From an uncultured Chloroflexia bacterium (lineage in GTDB: Bacteria > Chloroflexota > Limnocylindria > Limnocylindrales > CSP1-4), in NCBI GenBank assembly GCA_963749705.1, contig CAVVNQ010000010.1:64001-128000 (forward strand): a stretch of 64,000 nt of DNA, in the 5' to 3' direction. Of the stretch, positions 58,685 through 64,000 are shown piece by piece. The stretch's first letter is position 1; each line of letters opens with the position of its first letter. The notes under the pieces are model-generated. The model was not told the origin of the DNA. It ran no database searches and was given only the letters and a program-made list of their open reading frames with translations. Made by a program: the position numbers and the translations under genes.

Positions 58685-59655
58685 GCCGTCGATCCTCCGC
58701 GGCTTGTGGGCTGGAGCGGCGCCAGGGGCCCCCGCATCACGAGCAGGTCCGGCATGGGGCGATAGCCGAGACGCGCGTTCACCGCGCGCATCGGGGCATT
58801 CGATTCGTCGTTGCCGGTCTCGAGGGTGTCCACGCCGTGGGCGATCGCCCAGGCGATCGTGGCGCGCTTGAGGGCCGTGGCGATCCCGCGGCCGCGCCAT
58901 GCGGGCCGGACCGCCGTCATGTCGTGCCAGGCGAGCGTCGAGGAGCCGGGCGCCAACCGGAGCGACGCCCATCCGACGACCTCGCCTGAGGCGGCGTCGA
59001 GCGCGATCGCGAACGCGTCGCGGGGGATGCTGTCGCGTCGAACGTCGCGGGCGAGGAACTCCTCCAGGGTGCCGCTGGTGAACGGCTCGTCGGCGGATGG
59101 GACGTCCGGGTAGGCCTCGACGGCGACGGTGTGCAGCGCGGGCTCCAGCTCCGGGTGCTCGGCGAGCGACGTGATCTCGATCCCGACCGGCGGATCGAGG
59201 GCCGGCGGAACCATCCCCCGCAGGTCGAGGTTCACCATCTTGTTGCGTTCGGTGATCTCGAAGCCGCGGTGCTTGAGGAACGCCACCCCCTCGTCCTGTG
59301 CCTCGGACAGGCTCGTCTCGAAGCCCGTCTTGCCCGCCTCGCGCGCGACCAGCGACGCGGCCACCCACAGCGCCGTCCCGATGCCTCGGCGGCGGGCGGC
59401 CGGCAGGACGCCGAGCGTGAGCCAGAACAGCTCGAACGTGGCCTCGTACATGTAGATCCGGCCGACCGAGCCGGCACCCGCCGGCGTGCCCTCGAGCGAG
59501 GCGAGGAAGCGGACGCCGCCCGGATACGTGTCGTATTCCCACCGAAGCTCGTCGACCGAGGTCGGATCCTCGGGCGTGACCGCGTTGACGATGTCGACGA
59601 ACGAACGCAGGGACGCGTCGTCGTGGGCGCCCACGGTCCGGAGCTCGATGGTCAT
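58681..59655 (-). CDS. Tandem GNAT N-acetyltransferase
   Basis: VLPAARRRGIG and VRPAWRGRGIA acetyl-CoA motifs; N.PMRAVN.RLGY. Confidence 0.88.
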   Translation of the reverse strand: MTIELRTVGAHDDASLRSFVDIVNAVTPEDPTSVDELRWEYDTYPGGVRFLASLEGTPAGAGSVGRIYMYEATFELFWLTLGVLPAARRRGIGTALWVAASLVAREAGKTGFETSLSEAQDEGVAFLKHRGFEITERNKMVNLDLRGMVPPALDPPVGIEITSLAEHPELEPALHTVAVEAYPDVPSADEPFTSGTLEEFLARDVRRDSIPRDAFAIALDAASGEVVGWASLRLAPGSSTLAWHDMTAVRPAWRGRGIATALKRATIAWAIAHGVDTLETGNDESNAPMRAVNARLGYRPMPDLLVMRGPLAPLQPTSRGGSTA

Positions 59656-60575
59656 CCGCGGCGAGCCAGCGGCGACGACTCGGCCAACGGTTCCGCGACC
59701 TCTCGCGCGACCGCTCGCAGGCCGTCGGGCGCGACAGCCGCCGGAACGCCGAGGATCACGTGGTTGGCGCCGGCGCGGACGAACGCGCGCGAGGTGTCGA
59801 GCGCCGCGCGACGGGATGCAGCGGTCGATCCGCACGAAAGCTGGGCCGCGAACGTGAACGCATCGGGGTCCCGGCCCGCCGCCTCCAGCGCCCGCCGGAT
59901 CTCGTCGCGCTTCGTTGCGAAGTAGTCGACGTCTCCCGGTCGATTGCCGGGCATCGGCCAGCCCTCCGCGTAGCGAGCGGTGAGCGCGATCCCGCGTCGC
60001 TTCTGACCACCCAGCCAGATCGGGGGGCCGCCGGGGCGGATCGGGCCCGGCTCGTTGGTGGCGTTGCTGAGCGGGTGGAAGGGGTCGTCGAGGCTGACGC
60101 CCGGCGGCGTCCGCGCCTCGTCCGAGAACAGCGCGGTCAGCACCCGGAGCGAGCTTTCGTACCGGTCGAACCGCTCGGGCAATGGCGGCAGCGGGATCCC
60201 GAACGCGTCGTGCTCGCCCTCGTGCCAGCCGGCTCCCAGGCCGAGGATGAACCGCCCGCCAGTCACGTTGTCGAGCACCGTCGCCGACTTGGCCAGCACG
60301 GCGGGGTGCCGGAAGGTGTTGGACAGGACCACGATACCCACCCACTTGCCGGGCACCCGGTGTGCCAGCGCAGCGGCCATGGTCAGCGACTCGAAGGCGG
60401 GTCCGTTGCGTTCGCGGCTGGCGTCCGAGAGGTGGTCGCTCATCCAGCCGGCCGAGAACACGGGCAGCTCGCCGGCAAGCGCCCAGGTCGCGTCGATCCT
60501 CGACCAGTCGAGCCCGGTCAATTCGGTGGCCGATACGCGGAAGCCGACGGGGCCCGGACGGGAGGCGGGGGTCAT
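59652..60575 (-). CDS. LLM class flavin-dependent oxidoreductase
   Basis: [37 protein letters not shown]. Confidence 0.9.
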   Translation of the reverse strand: MTPASRPGPVGFRVSATELTGLDWSRIDATWALAGELPVFSAGWMSDHLSDASRERNGPAFESLTMAAALAHRVPGKWVGIVVLSNTFRHPAVLAKSATVLDNVTGGRFILGLGAGWHEGEHDAFGIPLPPLPERFDRYESSLRVLTALFSDEARTPPGVSLDDPFHPLSNATNEPGPIRPGGPPIWLGGQKRRGIALTARYAEGWPMPGNRPGDVDYFATKRDEIRRALEAAGRDPDAFTFAAQLSCGSTAASRRAALDTSRAFVRAGANHVILGVPAAVAPDGLRAVAREVAEPLAESSPLARRG

Positions 60576-62332
60576 CGCGCCTCGGGGCCCGCGGTTCTCG
60601 AGGCCAGCGTCCGGCGCAGCTGCGCGCCGCTGGTGATCGCGCCCTCCGACGCCGACGAGACGAGCGCCGCGTACTTGGCCATCGCGCCGGTCGTGTAGCG
60701 CGGCGCGGGCGGCGTCCAGCGCGCTCGGCGAGCGGCCAGCTCGGCCTCGGAAACCTCGAGGTTCAGCTGCTTCGCGTCGACGTCGACGACGATGGTGTCG
60801 CCCTCCTCGACCAACGCGATCGGGCCGCCGACCGCCGCCTCGGGCGCGACATGCCCGAGCATCAGCCCGTGCGTGCCGCCGGAGAACCGGCCGTCGGTGA
60901 GCAGCGCGACGCTCTCGCCAAGGCCCTCACCAACCAGCGCTCCGGTCACGCTCAGCATCTCCTGCATGCCCGGGCCGCCGACAGGTCCCTCGTAGCGGAT
61001 CACGACCACGTCGCCCTCGTGGATCCGCCGCTCGCGCACTGCGGCGAAGCACTCGGTCTCCGAGTCGAACACGCGCGCGGGACCCTTGTGGTAGCGGCGC
61101 TCGTGGCCGGCGAGCTTCACGATCGACCCCTCGGGCGCCAGGCTGCCCTTCAGGATCGCGTGCCCGCCGGTCTCCTTGATCGGCGTCTCGATCGGGTGGA
61201 CGACCTGCTGGCCCGGCGTCTCGACGGCGTCGGCGGCGATCTTCGCGATCGTCCGCCCGTCGACCGTCTTCTCGTCGCCGTGGAGCAGGTCGCGCTTGAG
61301 CAGCTCGCGCATGACCAGGGCGACCCCGCCGGCCTCGTACATGTCGGCCGCCGCGTAGCGGCCGCCCGGCCGCATGTCCGCGATCAACGGCGTCCGATCG
61401 GCCACCTCCGAAAAGTCGTCGAGGGTCAGCGCGATCCCGAAGTCGGCCGCGATCGCCGGCAGGTGGAGCGCCGCGTTGGTGCTGCCACCGGTAGCCGATA
61501 CCGACGCGATCGCGTTCTCGAGCGCGTTGCGGGTGACGATGTGCGACGGCCGGATGTCGTGGTGGACCAGCGTCATCACCAGCTCGCCCACGCGTCTGGC
61601 GGCCTCCTCCTTGGTCGGGTGCTCGGCCGGGATGCCGTTGAGCCCGGCGGGCGACAGCCCCAGGAACTCCATGACCGTCGACATCGTGTTGGCTGTGAAC
61701 TGCCCGCCGCAGGCGCCCGCGCCCGGGCATGCCCCGTTCTCCGCCTCGTACAGCTCGTCGAGCGTGATCTTGCCCGCCCGGTAGGCGCCGATCGCCTCGA
61801 ACACGGTGACCACGTCCGCCGGCCTGCCCTTGTAGGTGCCGGGCATGATCGTGCCGTTGTAGAGGACGAGGCCCGGGATGTCGAGGCGACCGAGCGCCAT
61901 CGCCCCGGCCGGGATCGTCTTGTCGCAGCCGACCAGGCACACCAGGCCGTCGAACAGGTGGCCGCGCGCGACCAGCTCGATCGAATCCGCGATCACCTCG
62001 CGGCTGATGAGCGATGCCTTCATGCCCTCGGTGCCCATGGACACGCCGTCGCTGACCGAGATCGTGTTGAACTCCATGGGCGTGCCGCCGGCGGCCCGGA
62101 TCCCCGCCTTCACGAACTCGGCCAGCCGGCGCTGGTTGAGGTTGCAGGGCATCGTCTCGATCCAGGTCGTGGCGACGCCGATGATCGGCTGGGCCAGGTC
62201 ATCGTCGGTGAACCCGACCGCCTTGAGCATGGCGCGGGCCGCGGCCCGGTCCGGGCCGTCGGTCAGGGCGTGGCTGTGGCGCTTGCCGGGGTCGGTCGGG
62301 CGGCCGTAGGGGATCGGTCGGTCGGCGGTCAT
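60572..62332 (-). CDS. ilvD: Dihydroxy-acid dehydratase
   Basis: [40 protein letters not shown]. Confidence 0.95.
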   Translation of the reverse strand: MTADRPIPYGRPTDPGKRHSHALTDGPDRAAARAMLKAVGFTDDDLAQPIIGVATTWIETMPCNLNQRRLAEFVKAGIRAAGGTPMEFNTISVSDGVSMGTEGMKASLISREVIADSIELVARGHLFDGLVCLVGCDKTIPAGAMALGRLDIPGLVLYNGTIMPGTYKGRPADVVTVFEAIGAYRAGKITLDELYEAENGACPGAGACGGQFTANTMSTVMEFLGLSPAGLNGIPAEHPTKEEAARRVGELVMTLVHHDIRPSHIVTRNALENAIASVSATGGSTNAALHLPAIAADFGIALTLDDFSEVADRTPLIADMRPGGRYAAADMYEAGGVALVMRELLKRDLLHGDEKTVDGRTIAKIAADAVETPGQQVVHPIETPIKETGGHAILKGSLAPEGSIVKLAGHERRYHKGPARVFDSETECFAAVRERRIHEGDVVVIRYEGPVGGPGMQEMLSVTGALVGEGLGESVALLTDGRFSGGTHGLMLGHVAPEAAVGGPIALVEEGDTIVVDVDAKQLNLEVSEAELAARRARWTPPAPRYTTGAMAKYAALVSSASEGAITSGAQLRRTLASRTAGPEAR

Positions 62333-62416
62333 CGGGTCCTCGCGGGTGCATCGGCGTGCATCGGGGTGCCGGTCGTACACGCAAGTATGGCGCCGAGACC
62401 GGCCACGCTGTCGCCG

Positions 62417-62523
62417 CAGTCCCGCGCCGGCCGACAGTCCCGCGCCGGCCGACAGTCCCGCGCCGGCCGACAGTCCCGCGCCGGCCGACAGTCCCGCGCC
62501 GGCCGACAGTCCCGCGCCGGCCG
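62417..62523 (+). repeat. 18-bp tandem repeat CAGTCCCGCGCCGGCCGA x6 (last copy 17/18)
   Basis: Units start at 62417, 62435, 62453, 62471, 62489, 62507; intergenic between marP and ilvD. Confidence 0.92.
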
Positions 62524-62530
62524 GCGGCGC

Positions 62531-63706
62531 TCAGCGGATGCAGTCGCCGACGCTGACCTCGCTGGTCCGGCTCAACGCGGGCGCGATCCGCACGGCGACA
62601 CTGGTCGCCGTCAGCGCATACCCGACCTGCGAATCGGTGCGCGACTCGGCGAACACGATCCCGCCGATCGTCCCGTCCTCGAGGATGAACGGCCCGCCCG
62701 AGTCGCCCGGCTCGACGCCCGCGCGGAGCTCCAGGATGTCGCGGGTGATCCGACCGCGCCCGTAGATGTCGCGTCCGGTGGCGGAATAGTCGCCCGCCAC
62801 CGCGGCAGGCAGCATCACCAGCGGCCCACCGCCCGCGTAGCCCAGGGCAGCGCCGACGCGCCCCCGGTTCGGATCCACGTTGGCGAACCGCAGCGCGGCG
62901 CCGTCGAGATGGGCGACGTGGAGGACCGCGATGTCGAAGTCGGGATCGAACATGACGGGCGTGGCATCGACGACGGTCGACCCGATCTTCGCCCGGATCG
63001 TCGTTGCGCCCGCCACGACGTGAGCGTTGGTGACCAGGTAGCCGGGGGCGATGATCGCGCCGGTGCCGGTGATCAGCGACGAGCACGCGCGGCTCGAGAT
63101 CATGGCCGTGCTGCGCGCGGCGGCACCGGCGATCGCGGCGGTCTGGGCGTCGGTGGGAACCGCGACCGGGGACTGCGGGATCGGCTCCAGCCCGACGAAC
63201 ACGTCCGGCAATCCCGAGGTGTCGAGGGCGGCGGCGATCTCGCCCACGACCTCGGTCGCCGGTGGCAGGAACCCGTCGAGCGTCCGGACCGCGACCGAGT
63301 TCGATGCCACGCGGCCCAGGGTCGGGATCGGGCCCGCCGCGAGCAGGCCGCCGGCAAGCCAGATGATCAGCAGCGCCTGGGCGGCCCCGATGACGCCGCC
63401 GATCGCACGTTCCATGGTCGAGATCACGCCGCGTCCGAGCCGCGCGACGGCGGAATGGCCCACCGCCGATCCGACGCCCTCGCCGATGGCGACGGCGCCG
63501 ATGATCACGCCCAGGACGACCAGCGCCCGGGGGATGGGCTCGAGGGTGTGCGTTACGTCGACCAGCCACGGCGCTGCCGCGAGGGCCACGAGCAGCCCGG
63601 CGAGCGCGCCGCAGATGCCGCCAAGCTGGGGCAGCGCGCCGCTGCTGAAGCCGGCAATGATGGCGAACACGATCAGGATCAGCGCGGCCACGTCGAGCAG
63701 GTTCAC
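62531..63706 (-). CDS. MarP family serine protease (CvpA-like TM domain + trypsin-like domain)
   Basis: TNAHVV, DIAVL, GDSGGP triad; 4 N-terminal TM helices. Confidence 0.9.
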   Translation of the reverse strand: MNLLDVAALILIVFAIIAGFSSGALPQLGGICGALAGLLVALAAAPWLVDVTHTLEPIPRALVVLGVIIGAVAIGEGVGSAVGHSAVARLGRGVISTMERAIGGVIGAAQALLIIWLAGGLLAAGPIPTLGRVASNSVAVRTLDGFLPPATEVVGEIAAALDTSGLPDVFVGLEPIPQSPVAVPTDAQTAAIAGAAARSTAMISSRACSSLITGTGAIIAPGYLVTNAHVVAGATTIRAKIGSTVVDATPVMFDPDFDIAVLHVAHLDGAALRFANVDPNRGRVGAALGYAGGGPLVMLPAAVAGDYSATGRDIYGRGRITRDILELRAGVEPGDSGGPFILEDGTIGGIVFAESRTDSQVGYALTATSVAVRIAPALSRTSEVSVGDCIR

Positions 63707-63751
63707 GCGTTGAGTATCGACGAGGTTCGCGGCACGCGTATCGCTGGGCGA

Positions 63752-64000
63752 TCAGCCGCCGACGACCACCTCGATCGGCGCGGCGTCGCCGGAGGCGCGC
63801 ACGGTGTACGTACCGGGGTCGAGGGGACCAAGCGAGACCAGCGTCGCCTTGTACACCGCGATGTCGATGCACGCCACGTCGCGGGCGGCGCTGCCCTCGC
63901 GCACCGTGAGCGTGAACGTCGTCCCGTCGCGCGCGACATCGACCGTGGACAGGACGCTGCACGGCGCGACGCCGCTCCACCATGAGAGCCGGACCGTGAC
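63752..64000 (-). CDS. Hypothetical exported protein, C-terminal part (truncated by window edge)
   Basis: Open frame VTVRLSWWSGVAPCSVL..ACIDIAVYKAT..GG* with GC3 bias. Confidence 0.6.
   Translation of the reverse strand, partial: VTVRLSWWSGVAPCSVLSTVDVARDGTTFTLTVREGSAARDVACIDIAVYKATLVSLGPLDPGTYTVRASGDAAPIEVVVGG

Noticed and set aside
62333-62416. Branched-chain amino acid leader peptide before ilvD
   Set aside because: No separate short ORF with Ile/Leu/Val runs
62417-62523. CRISPR array
   Set aside because: Units abut with no unique spacers, and no cas genes are in the window
60362-63985. Very long ORFs in the track (e.g. 1207 aa here, 958 aa at 49382, 946 aa at 4015)
   Set aside because: Antisense or shadow frames of well-supported genes, expected at this GC content

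Overview
Very GC-rich, gene-dense chromosomal region. Gene content suggests a Chloroflexota/Actinomycetota-like bacterium (inference only). No rRNA, tRNA, CRISPR array or mobile element is visible. Main blocks: (i) a type-A2 heme-copper oxidase operon whose subunit II and a subunit-IV-like protein both carry C-terminal blue-copper (cupredoxin) domains, followed by TlpA, an ABC-2 exporter and a class-II UvrA; (ii) glmS, a polyamine-type ABC importer and a ferredoxin; (iii) proC and proline dehydrogenase; (iv) a REC-GAF-GAF/HisK signalling trio; (v) korAB flanked by CBS proteins; (vi) a dapB-dapA-dapD-lysA-like operon; (vii) CopA with a cupredoxin tail; (viii) fabD-fabF-fabF with a divergent MarR; (ix) asparaginase, a pyrD-like gene, ilvD and marP. 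Three signals lie below the ORF track or outside standard annotation: two 32-aa peptides 10 kb apart that both end in I-[E/N]-GAKRW; a Lys-Lys-Lys leader peptide plus attenuator-like hairpins in front of the lysine operon; and a pervasive -10/N6/start-codon leaderless promoter architecture. Start codons were chosen by eye and all functional calls come from recognised motifs, not database searches.
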